A DNA stretch of 64,000 bases from the human T2T-CHM13v2.0 reference genome, Homo sapiens (GCF_009914755.1 NC_060944.1), one strand, 5' to 3'. Numbered from the stretch's first letter, positions 1-22,693 are shown. The notes: generated by a model from the letters alone, not told the origin. Numbers and translations: made by a program.

Positions 1-107
1 GATACACAGAGACTCCCAAGAACACCTGTGAGGGGAATGAGGATTTCCCAAATAAGTGACATAAAATATTCTTGTTTGCTTTTAATCTTTACACAGAGTT
101 ATCCTTA

Positions 108-1872
<1,765 letters not shown>

Positions 1873-2524
1873 TTACTCCTCACTGGAGGGTGACTAGGCT
1901 AGAAAATGAGATGAGTATTCAAAATATTGATCCCAAAGAGTTCCTATCCTTTGACGAATAAGTAAGAAAATGCATGTGAAAATGGAAAAAAAAAATTAAA
2001 AAAAATCGCAAACATCTTTAAAGTAATTTCCAAATCTTAATTATATATGTACATTTTTTAAAAGATTGTCTCATTTTATTTTTTGTATTGAGGTCAAATT
2101 CACTTAACAAAATCAACCATCTTAAAGTATACAATTAAGAGACACTTAGTCATTCATGATGTTGCACAGCCCCCAAGCTGGATTATCTTCACAAACATGT
2201 ACATTGCACAGGGCTCTGGGCACGATGGGCTTTGCTATTTTATCGTATAGTCATTTAGTGTCCCTCAAGGACACTTGGCTCCTGAAGATTTTCCCAACCC
2301 TAGGCCTCTGGCTCATACTGGGTTTCCTGCCTCTTCTACATCTTGTCGTTGAATTTCAAAGCTTTATAACACACTAAACAAATTGCTATGGGTCTTAATT
2401 CACAGTCTCTTTGATATGTGGCTGGTTTATACAGCAAGTAAATGTCTGGGTCTCTGATTGGTTACAAAGCCAAAAATAATCCAGATAATGAGAAAATTTT
2501 AATTATAACCATACTTGGTTTTAA

Positions 2525-2829
<305 letters not shown>

Positions 2830-2999
2830 GAATATTTACATACAAACTCAAAATAATCTCCTCTGCCCTTTGTCAGGTTGTTTGATGGGGGATAGATTCA
2901 ATGCTTACTGTTGAAAATTTCCAGAATAAATTTGGGCTCTATAACATTTAATACTTATAAGTGCACTGAATTATAGAAGACAGTTCAAAGCTTTTCCTA

Positions 3000-4320
3000 T
3001 ACTGATAATTTGAACTATCATTTCTTTTCAAATGCAAATAAGTTCTTTGGGGGTATTATTAGAAAAAAATTAAAACTCCATTATTTGCATCATAGTGTAG
3101 GAGGATTACTTTTTAAAATAATGACTGTTTTCACCCAAACCCCCGCCCTGCTTTAGCTTCCAGACAGGTAGTTAGAGATTCACAAAAAAAGAGAAATCCT
3201 GGCTATTCTTTGAAGCTACAAACAAGCCCTGCATTTCTGTATGTTCTTAGAAAAAGCTCTGGCCAGGCAGTTTTTTTGTGTGTGTGATCACACCAGTAGC
3301 ATCACTGAGTTCAAAGTGGGGGGAAAACCCATTTTAACAATGCAAGAATTTCCCAAAGTCCAAACGCCCGGGCCACACCGCTCCCACAAATGGAAATAGT
3401 ATCAGATCTGCATCATAATTGATCCTCCAGATTTCCACCCACAAAAGAAGGATGTGGTCAGTAAGAACAAATAACACAGGGGCCGCGGAGAGAAGCTTTT
3501 TTGCAAACTTTCCCCTCACTCCACCCACAAAAGTCAGGCAACCGACGTACATGTCAGCATAATCGCTCAAGATATGATCGCGTTTGAGGCTTATGAAATG
3601 TTATCAAACGCAGTGGACAAGCACATCGGCGATATTTCTTTTTTCCGCTGAGATGTGAACTGCTGATAAATATCCATGGTTGAGTTTTTTCCATACTTTG
3701 ATTCTTCAAAAGCTAAGCCATTCAAGGTGTCAAGGCTTTTTGCCCCTGCCTTCCACAGACAACAAGGGGGAGAAAAAAGAAAAAAAGAAAAAAGAGGATG
3801 AAAATGAGGGGGAATAAGAGAAAAAAAAAATGGACACAGATAAAAGAAATTAAGCGAGCCATAATGTCTGTGCTTTATTTTAACTGGGTTGTCCTGTCCC
3901 GCTGTGCAGCCCATAATCCAAGCTGGGAGAGAGGCCCCCGCTGGGTAGCTAATTAAAACAATTATAAATACAAAGAAGGTATCAATGGCATTCCAAGACT
4001 CAAACAAAGAGATAAAGCACTGAAGATTTAAATTGTCAATGGCCAGTCTCTTTAGGCAATTCTGAAGAGGAGTCAGTGTCCCCAAGTCCCCCGAACTCCT
4101 TTGTAAACTGACTTATGTTTGGTTACAGGGGACCCTCCTCCCTCCTTTTTGGGGGGCTTATCGACATGAAAATTCATCAGTGATGGAATTAAGGGAAGTT
4201 AATTTATAGGCTCACATACAGTTATTTGTCCTGGCGCGTCAGAATAGTGGACCTGAGTTTAAAATTAAAATCTAATCTGGAAAAAAGACCCCAGCCCTCC
4301 TTATTGAATCAGTATTTTTA
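3000..4320. promoter_or_regulatory. Candidate conserved non-coding element / distal enhancer
   Basis: About 1.3 kb repeat-free, with clustered octamer, homeodomain, SOX and GATA motifs and retained CpGs. Confidence 0.45.
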
Positions 4321-4832
4321 TTCGTATTTTTTGGCAAGAAATTAGATGCAGGTATCAGTATTTTTAAAGACAAGAAAACAAACAAAAAGATCTTTTAGCC
4401 CCAATTGAAAGTGACACAAACCGTTTTTTTTTTTTTTTTAAGTACTGTGGGCAACTTTAGGAATGTTAAAAATGTAGCAAGTGTGCTAGACTACTTTCTC
4501 AGTGTATTTTTATAAAATGATTTGCAGAATCAAACTTACCCAACAAAAATAGAAAGCTTTCCTAATTTCTTAGACCTAGGATTTCCCCTGCCTGCTTTCT
4601 GGCTTTTGTAGAGCACTTAAAGGAACACTCAAATCATACATGCTAAGAGATAGCAGCCCAGTGCAGTTTAAAGGGACTCTCAGCCTACAGTCTGAACGAA
4701 TAGAATGGATCGCAGAAGTTTCCAGGTGGGTCCCTTGGAGAGGGTGGTCAGTTTGCTCTCAAGAGCTGGGTGTGATCAGCGACAGCCTGAGCTCCAGGGC
4801 CTGGCCAGTGTGCTACAGGAGAGAGAGCCAAA

Positions 4833-4881
4833 GGCCTCAGCTCTTAGAAGGCTCAATCGGCCTCAGCTCTTAGAAGGCTCA
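4833..4881. repeat. Tandem duplication, period 26 (ggcctcagctcttagaaggctca x2)
   Basis: 23-nt exact direct repeat at 4833 and 4859. Confidence 0.9.
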
Positions 4882-5142
4882 CTCTGAAAAGGAGGTGGTG
4901 ACAGCAACTCTGGTCCTTCTTTTCACCATGAAAGAAAGCGCAGTAACTGGTGTAACTGGTAAAAGCCAAGAGGGAGGGAGGCAATTAAGGTCGAGGAGAC
5001 TGATAAGAACTCAGTAGGGGTCAGAGCCCTTCTCCTACTCCTTCACCCACCCTCCTCTGCTCCTTTCTCAGCTCCTCCCACTACCACTCCTTTTTCTTCT
5101 CCCCTCTTCCCCTCCTCCTTTTCCCTCCTTTTCTTCTTCTAA

Positions 5143-5928
<786 letters not shown>

Positions 5929-6281
5929 TTACTTTGCCTCTATTTGTAAGGAGATTGAGACTTTCTTCTTTAGGAATATCCATGGCTTTTCACTCTTTGC
6001 CTTTGTGCAAGTAATTGGAAGATGTGCTTCTTTCCTGGGTGGAAATATTATCAATAAAAAAGATGGAGGTCTGAGACTGAATGGAAACATTGGCCTGAAG
6101 CATTTGCCACAGGTGATGGTGATTACCAAAAAGAAAAATGGGATTTGACCAGAATGACTTTGTTTTCTGGGCTAAAAACGTTGCCTAATAAAGCACCTTA
6201 GCTGATGTATGTATTTATGAGTTATTATGTGTCTAGAGTATTAACATAAAGTACAGAGGCTCCTCTGGTTATGAATGTTCA

Positions 6282-6700
<419 letters not shown>

Positions 6701-7267
6701 TCAAAGTTTCTGGGGTAAGACAAGGACTGAAACTCGCTTAAGAGGCAGAGCAAGACAGACGGGCAGATTTTTCAACCATGTTTGTGGGCCATAGCCCACA
6801 TATCATATGCTGGAATGTGTAAAAATAAAAAAATCAATCTTAAATAAAACATTTTATCCTCCTACTTTGACAAGTATACATTCATAATGACAGAAGCAAA
6901 ACATATCTGTCAAGCTATGGTTTACATGTGATTAAAAGTCAGAAAACTATCAAAGATGAGGGAATTTAATTATTATTGCATATGTCTGGGTGTTGTATTG
7001 CTGGGCCTCTGATATTATTAGTATGAGTAACAAACATAATTAATAAATTATTATATATTTATTCCATAACATTTCTTTTTTTTGTGTTGATTTCAGCAAA
7101 ATCACTAAATGTGTAGTGATCAAGTTTTTACATAATTTATATTCTACTGACCTGGATGTGGCAATTTTTTTTTTTTTTTTTTTTTGGTAAAGAGCCAGGT
7201 AGTACTAGGCTTTGTGGTCCATACATGCTTCTTTGTTTTACAAATCTTTAAAAATATTAAAAAAATA

Positions 7268-7559
<292 letters not shown>

Positions 7560-7562
<3 letters not shown>

Positions 7563-7790
7563 TTTATAAAATATTTATTAAAATACTTGTAAAATATTGT
7601 ATATTTAATATTTATAAAATACTTTATAAAAAATTATTTAAAATATTTATATGTTACATATATAAATATGTGCAATTTGTATATGTAATATATAAATATT
7701 TTAAAGAAATTTTAAAATATTACATATATAAATATATGAATATACAAAAATACCTAATAAATATATATTTGTATACTGTATATATACCAT
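7560..7790. repeat. AT-rich low-complexity tract
   Basis: Degenerate TA/AAAT repeats. Confidence 0.8.
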
Positions 7791-7863
7791 TCTTAGTTCA
7801 TGGGTTAAATTCAGCCCTTAGGCTGTCATTTGCTGGCCTTTGCTATTGACAATAATCATCTAA

Positions 7864-8186
<323 letters not shown>

Positions 8187-8516
8187 GAAATGCAATTATA
8201 AAGTATAAAAAATTTTAAAAAGTAAACCAAAAAACTCATAAATGTTTACAAATATTTTTCTTCTAAAATATTCAAAATATTTAAGATGGAAAAGTAAAAT
8301 ACACGATAATTGATATTAAGCCTTCATATCAAAATTAAAGAAAATGTAAATATATTTTTTAAAGTTTTGGCTAAATCCCACTAAATATTTCTTATAAAAA
8401 TAAAACTAGCTTCAATTCCGGAATTCAGTGTCCATCTATAGTTGCCAATGTGAAGAATCTGTAGGCATGTTAGTTACATCAAGGCCAATGTATAAGCAGA
8501 TTCAAGAATAATCTGG

Positions 8517-8828
8517 GGTTGGGTGCAGTGGCTCACATCTGTAATCCCAGCACTTTGGGAGGCTGAGGCGGGTGGATCACTTGAGGTCAGGCATTCGAGA
8601 CCAGCCTGGACCAACATAGCCAGACGCCGTCTCTGCTAAAAATATAAAATTAGCTGGGCATGGCGGTGCGCGCCTGTAATCCCAGGTACCTCAGGAGGCT
8701 GAGGCAGGAGAATCGTTTGAAACCAGCGGGTGGAGGTTGCAGTGAGCCGAGATTGTGCCAGTGCACTCCAGGGTGGGCGACAGAATGAGACTCCATCTCA
8801 AAAAAAAATTAAAAAAATTTAAAAAAAG
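8517..8828 (+). mobile_element. Alu
   Basis: Alu consensus. Confidence 0.9.
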
Positions 8829-9237
8829 GGCAATCTGAATTATTTATTCTGCAAAATGTTCTTCAGCTGCCGTTTGCAACTAGTACAAATACTGTGCTTT
8901 TTGTAAGCACCTTTGGAATAATGACGGGACACTGAGAAGCAAGAATGAGGATGCTCAGGTGTTGCTGGGGACACTTGGCTCTGCAAGTATCTAGCTACGG
9001 GAGAGAAAGATGGGAGGGTTAACTCAGTTGTCTTTTCTCTTTCCACAGTGTTTTCCCTGATCAAATCCTCCCTGCACTGTGGAACAGTGCCTTTCAATTT
9101 ACAGATATAGGACAAAAGATGCAGAGAACGGCTTCCCTGGGGCCTGAGCAGTGTTAGTGTCAATGGTGGGTGTTTAGTGCTATGGATGGCACAATGCCAG
9201 TGCTAAGTAGCAGACACTGAGGGGCTGATTTACCCGT

Positions 9238-9547
9238 GTTTTGTTTTTTTGGGGGGGTTTGTTTGAGACAGGGTCTCACTCTATCATCCAGGCTGGAGTG
9301 CAGTGGCGCAATCTCAGCTCACTGCAGCCTTGACTTCCCTGAGCTTAGGTGATCCTCCCATCTCAGCCTCCCAAGTAGCCGGGACTACAGGCATGTACCA
9401 CCATGCCCGGCTAATGTTTGTATTTTTAGTGGAGACAGGGTTTCCCCATGTTGCCCAGGCTGGTCTTGAACATCTGGGCTTGAGTGATCCTTCTGCCTTG
9501 GCCTCCCACAGTTCTGAGATCACAGGCGTGAGCCACCATGCCTGGCT
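9238..9547 (-). mobile_element. Alu (AluJ-like)
   Basis: Reverse Alu consensus. Confidence 0.9.
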
Positions 9548-10059
9548 TACCCATGATTTTTAATGAATATTTTGTGTGTGTATTTTATATCGAGAGCCGG
9601 TAAAACAGGGCAGGGGCTCCTTTTGCCCAAGTCTAAAGGTAGACTGCAGGTTGGATGACATAAACACACAGCTCAAGTGGGAGATGAAGGCAGTGCTGAC
9701 ACAGCAGGCAGGACCACAGAGGTGACGGATGTGGCAGAGGCTGTGGTGACCTGGGGAGCCTGTGCTCGTCTATAGAGCACTGTCAACATTCTGCCCTTAC
9801 CAGTGACTGACTGGTAGGAAAGTGGACCAGGCCTTGTTGAAATGTTTGATTTCTCAAGAGAATGCCACATTTTAAATTTTCATGTGAAAAGTGAATATTG
9901 ATGAATAATTAAAATTTAAAAAACTGAAAAGCACATTTGGGTGGGGATCACATCTCTGGGCTGGATTTGTTCCCAAAGCCACCATGATCAGCCCTCTGGT
10001 CTACTGCATTATGCTATATTTGTGCACACTTTTGAAGTGTTTATGGTCATTAATTCCTT

Positions 10060-10353
10060 ATTTTTTTTTGAGATGGAGCCATGCTATGTTAACCAGGCTG
10101 GAGTGCAGTGGCATGATCTTGGCTCAGTGCAACCTCTGCCTCCTGAGTTCAAGTGATTCCCCTGCCTTAGCCTCCCAAGATGCTGGGATTACAGGTGCTC
10201 ACCACCATGCCTGGGTAATATTTTTGTATTTCTAGTAGAGATGAGGTTTTGCCATGTTGGCCAGGCTGGTCTCGAACTCCTGACCTCAAGTGATCTGCTC
10301 ACCTTGGCCTCCAAAAGTGGTGGGATTACAGGCGTGAGCCACTGTGCCCGGCC
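10060..10353 (-). mobile_element. Alu
   Basis: Reverse Alu consensus. Confidence 0.9.
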
Positions 10354-10483
10354 AAATTCCTCATTTTAGAAAAGAAAGTGAAAGTTAAGTGTATAGCAAT
10401 GTGTACACAAGGGTTATATGTGTGCTGCCACTTTGACTTAGCAAAACATGGACCAAGCAATCTCCTGTTTATATGTAAAGAAA

Positions 10484-10851
<368 letters not shown>

Positions 10852-11170
10852 TTAGGATAATTTTTCAGAGATCTTCATTCTACTGCACCTTATTTTCAGT
10901 AAGAGCAGAGTAGAGAAAATTTTCTAGTGAGATTTTCCCAGTCTCTAATAGAAGAACAAAGTTAGAGATCCAAGGAGAGTGTTTCTAGAAGATGTGAAGC
11001 CTCAGGACATGGTTTATCCTGCAGTTCTGGAAGGGACAACAGAAGATATCTGGTATGGGAGTAGCGAAGGCACCAGAAGAGAGGAAGGCAGCAAGTTATG
11101 TTTCCAGCATTTTGGAGCACAAGTGGGATGTCTGGTGTAGTGGTTAAGAGGTCAGACTTTCCCAAGTTCA

Positions 11171-11482
<312 letters not shown>

Positions 11483-12619
11483 CCCAGTTTTTGTACTCAC
11501 CAGCTGGAAAAAGTTGCTTTTCCCTCTGAGCTCCTTCCTGCTTCATCATTTATATAAGGTGGTGATGATTACCTACCTCAAAGGGCTGCTGCGGGCAGTA
11601 AATGAGTGAATCAAAGTCAAAGTCTAGTACCCATTCCTCAGTAAGTACTCAATAAATGCTGCCTATTCTTCACTGGAGAGTGATTGGAATTAGCAATGAG
11701 AATTTGTGTAGTTTATATTCAAAGCCACTAAAATGAGAAGTCCAGGGCAGGGGCCCCTCTTGCCCAAGCCTAAAGGCAGACTGTGGGCTAGATGAGACAT
11801 CTGCAGTGAGGTACACAGTTGATATCTGAAGAGAGCACCTAGCAGAGCCTATACATTTAGAGGCATATGTATTTGGGGGAGGAGAAGGAAGTGGAACCTT
11901 CAAAGGGGGTCAGAGAAAGAAGAGTAAGGAAGGAGAAAAGCCAAGGGAGGGATAAGGGAAGGTTCTGTTTGAAAATAAAAAGTAGAGGCCTTATTTTCAG
12001 AACAGTGCTGAGAGTGCAAGTGAGTTAGAATGGCATTTTATAAGCTTCAGGACATCCATGAGTCACCTTGGAGAGGGAAGAGGTAGATATTTAAAATGAA
12101 GATTCCCAGAAAGTATGACTCAGTAGTTCTGGGCTGAGGCCCAGGAATCTACAGGAATTCTAACTGGGTGTCCATGTGTCTCACCCCCACTACCCATGTA
12201 CAAAAAAATACAAAGTCTACAAAAGAAAATGGGTAGCTTTCAACAGGTTGCTAAGGGAGTAAAGGAAGGGATGGTGGCTGGAGGTGTTTATTTTTCCTGT
12301 ATGTATATAATGGTCAAAGGCACTCAAATATCTGTGACTTTGGGTCTGGATGGATGAATTAAATTGGTTGGTTTTCCAGGATTAAACCAACCTTGCATTC
12401 CAGGAATAATCCAACTTGCTCATGATGGTTAGTGGAGAAGAGATACATTGATCAGAACTCAGTCTCAGGCTCAAGGCAGTTTGTCTTTCCTGAGCTCTAG
12501 GCTGACGTGACCTTCTGTCTAAACAACACAGTAGCTTCCTAGGACTTGGACATAAACATGGGGTCTTCTAAAGCAGTGATCTTCAAACTATCTTCCTCAT
12601 ATATACCCTCTAAAATAAA

Positions 12620-13088
<469 letters not shown>

Positions 13089-13379
13089 AATAATTTTTAA
13101 AAAGATATATAATTCCTTCCATGTTCTAAACTTGATATCTATAATGTTTTCATATCTTTAGATATCTTTAGAGGATTCTGGGGTATTATAAATATTTGTA
13201 AATAATTCTTAAATTTGTATTCATCATCATCCATTTAAACTACGCATGAACAAGCTGTTTTTCTAACAGTTGAAGTTTTACATCATTTTTTTCCCCTTCA
13301 TCTTGTACTTCAACTCCACTTCCCCTGTGGGATTTTATGTGAACATAATAATTTGGGGGTCTTTGAAATTGTTAATTGA

Positions 13380-13716
<337 letters not shown>

Positions 13717-14285
13717 TCTCAGCAAGACAATTGATAGAGAAATTTAAAAAATTTAACTTCCTTTGATCAGAATTAAACTACTCTTACAATTATTATTTTT
13801 ATGTAATTAATGAAAACAATGTGAATGTCCCACACAATCTGAATGATGGAACGTTGATAACTGAAGCTGGTTCCTGGGGCAGGGAGGATCATTATGGTTC
13901 TCACTCCATTGTTTATGTTTGACATTTCCCATAATAAAAAGTTTAAACACATGTTTAAAAAATAAGTATGTCACAAATTCTGGTTAACAATTTCTAAACA
14001 AAAGAAATGTAATATTTTACCGGCAATAACATTTTAACAAGATGTTTAACAAGATGGATGTGACTTGAATGGTCTCTGGTTTTGGTGTCAACCAAGTAGG
14101 AAATACTGTCATCAGGTTCTTGTGTATCTTTCCAGAGATATTGATGAACATATGAATAAACACTCATTCATACTTTTTTGATCTGCAAATGGTAACATAC
14201 TGTGTGTTCCATTCTGCATTTTTTTTCTGTCTATATAGCTTTAGCTATGGCCATGTCATATATCTATAAAGCAAGTCTGTGTTTA

Positions 14286-14663
<378 letters not shown>

Positions 14664-15231
14664 TGCTTTATATTTTTTAATATAAAGCTTTTAATGTTTT
14701 CAATGAATTCCATGGAGTGAATTTAGCCAGGCTCCTCCCTATTTAGAAACATTTAAGTGGTTTTCAATCTTTTGCCTTTACAATCAGTGCTATCATGAAT
14801 AACCTTCACAAATATTATTTTGCTCATCTCTGAGATTATCTTAGAAAAAAATCCACAATTTTTCAAGACTAGTTATAATATAAAAATGCCTCCTTCCAAT
14901 AGCTTAAGAAGTATGTTTCCTAAAATTGAAACTGACAGAGTGATCCTCTTGGGTCACCTTTGTGCGGGATTCTTGTCCAGCTTCCACTTCTCTAACTTCA
15001 ACCTTAGCCAACTCCAATGACTGACTACAAATCTAATCTTGTTATTTCTTTTCTGAATCCTGAAGCCCAACTGATTGCTACTTTTCCTGAAATGACAGAG
15101 AAGGAAAAAACCAGCAGGTATTGAGAATTTACCCTGTGCAGGCACTGGACCAGGAGCATTTATATATTATCTCCTGGAGACTTCACAGTAACTTCATGAG
15201 CTTGGTGTTTTTTAAAACTAAGAAAACTGAG

Positions 15232-15535
15232 GGGCTGGGCACAGTGACTGATGCCTATAACACTCTGGGAGGGCGAGGTAGGAGAATCACTTGAGGCCAG
15301 GAGTTTGAGACCAGCCTGGGCAACATAGTGAGACCCCATCTCTACAAAATATAAAAATTTAGTTGGGTGTGGTGACATGCACCTGTAGTCCTAGCTACTC
15401 AGGAGGCTGAGGCAGGAGGATTGCTTGAGACCAGGAGTGAGGTTGCAGTGAGTGGTGATTGCATCACTGCACTCCAGTCTATGCAGCAGAGCAAGATCCT
15501 GCCTCTAAAAAAGAAAAAAATTAAAAATTAAAAAT
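15232..15535 (+). mobile_element. Alu within a MIR
   Basis: Alu consensus, TSD aagaaaactgagg. Confidence 0.9.
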
Positions 15536-15744
15536 AAGACAGAAAATAAAGAAAAAGAAAACTGAGGTTCTGAAAGGTTAAGTCACTTGCCCTAAGTCAC
15601 ACAGCTGGTAGCTGGTGGGGAGAAGGACTCAGTTTCAGGTCTGAGTCCAGGGATTCATCCAGTATCTCTGGACTACTACAATATACATGCAGACCATCCA
15701 AGCCAACACTGTCTTGAATACTTTTAAAGCTTTTAATTTTGGAC

Positions 15745-16048
15745 ATTTATTTATTATTTATTTATTTATTATTTTGAGACGGAGTCTCCCTCTGTCTCCC
15801 AGGCTGCAGTGCGGTGGCGCGATCTTGGCTCACTGCAACCTCTGCCTCCAGTGTTCAAGTGATTCAGCCTCCCGAGTAGCTGGGAATACAGGTGTGCACC
15901 ATCACGCCTGGCTAATTTTTGTATTTTTAGTAGAGACGGGGTTTCACCATGTTGGCCAGGCTGGTTTCGAACTCCTGACTTCAAGTGATCCTCCTGCCTC
16001 GGCCTCCCAAAGTGCTGGGATTACAGGCATGAGCTACCGTGCCTAGCC
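15745..16048 (-). mobile_element. Alu
   Basis: Reverse Alu consensus. Confidence 0.9.
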
Positions 16049-16059
16049 AATTTTGGATT

Positions 16060-16300
16060 ACTTTAAATTTATGGAAATATTGCAAAGATAGTATAGAGAG
16101 TTCCTGCATATGCTTCACCCAGCTTCTCCTGATGTTAGCATCTTAGGTAACCATGATATATTCATCGAAACTAAGAAATTAACATTGATACAACACTATC
16201 AACTAAACTAGAGGTTTTATTTGTACTTTGCCAATTTTTTCACGAATGTCCATTTCTCTTCTCCAGGACCCAATCCAGAATACCACGTTGCCTGTAGAAT
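16060..16300 (-). mobile_element. L1MC-type fragment
   Basis: tgcaaagatagtatagagagttcc...aaactaagaaattaacattg...ccaggacccaatccag. Confidence 0.6.
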
Positions 16301-17101
16301 CTTGTACTATTTTAAACTTTTTCTTTCCTGTATGTCTTAGCCCCCCAACTACTTCTGGAGAGCAGAAATATTACGGAACGTTTCTGTTGAGTCTATCCTA
16401 GAGCCCTAGAGACAGTGCTGGACCCACAACAGGAAGTCAATCATGATGTGATATGATTTATCCAGCTTGGTCTGATTTGTCAAGGTTCTGGTTGTAGAAG
16501 GAAACAGAAAGTTCCATGGCTCTGGAATATCAGGTGTGCTAATGAACAGCTTGTAAAGCTGGGTGGGGGACATCAGCGCCTTGTCACCTTGTCTGCCAGG
16601 CGCTGGAGGAAGTGGGAGATTTGTTCATAACACCGGGTCATTTCCTCCCTTCCTGTCCTGACCTCCCAGCTTTTCCCTGACAGCCAGTGGAAGCCATGGC
16701 CCAAGTCATTTAGTGACATCTTAAGGTGAGGCAAAGAACTGACAGGGAGCGCTGGCCCTAAACTCAGACGGGAACTTCCAAATCCAGATCCCCCTCCTTA
16801 AAGGGGTTGCCACCTGGAAACAGGAGAAATCTAGACCCTTAATAAAAAGAACATTTTGCTGTGTAATTTCACCCCATTCCCACAACCATCTGCTACCTAC
16901 TATCCATAATGGAGTTTTTAAAAAATATGCGAGTTTCATTCACTTATACATTCAACAAACATTTACTGATACCTCCTGCATTTCAGACAGATTTAGGAGC
17001 TAGGTATAGGCAGTAAATGAAAGAGTCCTGACCCCTATCCTATCAATAGTACAGGAAATAGGCAAGTGAACTGCTAACCAATTGTGCTAAGTGTTACACT
17101 C

Positions 17102-17459
17102 ATTTATTTATTTATTTATTTATTTATTTAATTTTTAACTTTTTTTAAAGCGTGATTTTTGTTTTTGTTTTTGTTTTGAGACAGAGTCTTGCTCTGTTAC
17201 CCAGGCTGGAGTGCAGTGGCACGATCTTGGCTCAACGCAATATCTGCCTCCTGGGTTCAACTGACTGTCATGCTGCAGTCTCCCAGGTAGCTGGAATTAC
17301 AGGCACCTGCCACCACTCCCAGCTAATTTTTGTATTTTTAGTAGAGACAGGGTTTCACCATGTTGGCCAGGCTGGTCTCAAACTGCTGACCTGAGGTGAT
17401 CCACCTGCCTCGGACTCCCAAAGTTCTGGGATTACAGGCGTGAGCCACTGCGCCTGGCC
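17102..17459 (-). mobile_element. Alu with (TTTA)n tail region
   Basis: Reverse Alu, TSD tgttacactcattt. Confidence 0.9.
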
Positions 17460-17594
17460 TGTTACACTCATTTAACACATATTTGAGCACCTCTGGGTGC
17501 TAGGCACTTTTCTAAATCCTGGAGATGTGATGGGGAACAAAAAGGTTTTGAAGCAAAGACAGATTCTAATAAAAGGGGAGCCTATTTTATTGCG

Positions 17595-17980
<386 letters not shown>

Positions 17981-18453
17981 AAGAAGAAGAAGAAAAAACA
18001 AGACAAAGAGCTAGTTTTGGAACAAGCGTGGAAAGAAGATTCCAAGCAAATGGAGCAGTGTGTGCAAAGGTCCTGAGGCAGAAAAGTCTTGAGCAGTTTG
18101 AAGAACTGGGAGAGAAGAAGATAGTGACGAGTGTGCAGTGAACAAAGAGAGGAGAGGGCAGCATGATAAGGCTCTCCTTCCCTGAGTTCTGGGTTAGAGA
18201 TTGTTGGGGGAGGTATGCCTGGGAAACCTGGCAGTCAGAAGAGAGGCTAGCTGGAGGCAGCTGCAGGCTAACGAGGGGTGTCAGACAACTTCCTGGGGAA
18301 CGTCATGAGGATTAACTGTGGTTGCTGCTCAGTGAGAGCTTCCTAAAGGTTTGAAGGGGCTTCTGGCAAGCTTATGAAAACTACCCACTAGGGCTGGGTT
18401 GGTAAATTACGGTAATCTATGGCTTGAGAATTCTGGCCCTCTGCTTGTTTTTA

Positions 18454-18837
<384 letters not shown>

Positions 18838-18989
18838 CTACTTGGAGGGTAAATTGGAAGAAGGTAAGATTTGAAGTAGGGAGGTAATAAAGAGGCAATT
18901 ATTCCAGTGAAACATGACAATTACATGTACCAGGAGGGCAGTGGTGGGGATGGAGAGAGGGAGATTCAGAAGATATAGTCTAGAGACAC

Positions 18990-20365
<1,376 letters not shown>

Positions 20366-20517
20366 AAGGGGGGAGAAAAGATTTCAGTTGGAGACACCAG
20401 TAACAGAATTGCTGGTCAATAGGTGTGCTGGGGAGGAGGGAGAAGGAAAAATATTTACTGCTTTGTTGCATTGTCATCAAGCAAGATAAGAAGAAATAGA
20501 CACATGTAGCAATTCTG

Positions 20518-20668
20518 GGCCAGCTGTGGTGGCTCATGCCTGTAATCCCAACACTTTGAGAAGCCAAGGCGGAAATGCAGAAAGACTGCTTGAGGCCAGG
20601 AGTTTGAGACCAGCCTGGGCAACAAGGAGAGACCTCTCATTTCTAGCAAAAGAAGAAAAAATAAAAAA
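20518..20668 (+). mobile_element. Alu monomer
   Basis: Left-arm consensus. Confidence 0.8.
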
Positions 20669-21799
20669 GCCCTAACACTTAAGATCAATTGTATAATCTG
20701 TGCATTTCCATCTGTTTGCATACAGTAAAATCTGTTTTATATGTTAAGCATGAATTGTATTACTGGGCATCATCTCATTCATAAATTTCTGGAAGGGCTG
20801 CATGTGACGGTGAGGAGAGGAGACCAGCTTTATTAATTTATATCTTGATTTCATTATCTGAAATTAGAATATTTTCTGAATATTTGAGACCAAACATTAG
20901 AATTAGCCAGTATTTATTTTGTGTCTGTACCAGAGTCTATTTTGACAGGTCAAAAATTTTTGGAGGATCAAATACAATGATCCATTATTAACTGAGCACC
21001 TATTATGTGCCAGGATTTGGACCAGGTGCCAAAAATGCCTCATCTCACTTAATCCTCCCAACAACCCTGTGACCACCACTTAGCTGAGGATGCTGAGCTT
21101 CCAAGAAATTGATGGACCTGCTTACGATCTTACCGTGAGGGAACAGTATCGGAGGCATTTGGGAGTAACTTGCCCACGTCTCTCAGCCAGTGAGCAGCAG
21201 AGCTGGTCTGAGATGTGAGTCTATACTTCTAACTACAGCTGCAGGGCCTGTTCTGTCTTCCATTCTCTGCAACTAACCAAGGGCAGGACCATTTAGGGAG
21301 TCTTTACAATTTTGTCCCAGTCAGTGTGTTTGCTTGCAAGAGCAACATGGCAAGTTTGTATATTTTGGGGACTGGATGCTCAAATCCCATGTTTATGTTT
21401 TAGCTACCCCTGCCAACACGTGATATCACCAACTGTAAAACGTCTGCCAGTCTTAGGATGGGAAACAATCTCGCTTGTTCTTAAGTCTATTTCTCCACCA
21501 GGTTAAGTCCAGCTCTTTGTATGTGGCACTAACCACGTCTGTCCTCTTTAACCAATGTCTGTCCACAGCTTTTGTCCACATTCTCCCCATAGGATCAACT
21601 TTTTCTGATTGATTTGAAGGAGTTCTTTGTGCATTCTGCATGCTGGATGTTAATCATTTATTTAATACAGGTGAAAAATATTTTTCCCCGTATCCTGCTT
21701 ATCTTTTTACTTTCCTTTTGGTGTCTTTTTTTTTTCTTTGAGATGGGAGTCTCACTCTGTTGCCCAGGCTGGAGTGCCTGTTGCCTCCACCGTGCCAGG

Positions 21800-22693
<894 letters not shown>

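Noticed and set aside
3591-4085. 164-aa minus-strand ORF
   Set aside because: TTG start, Phe-rich translation of A-tracts, no recognisable domain; better read as regulatory DNA.
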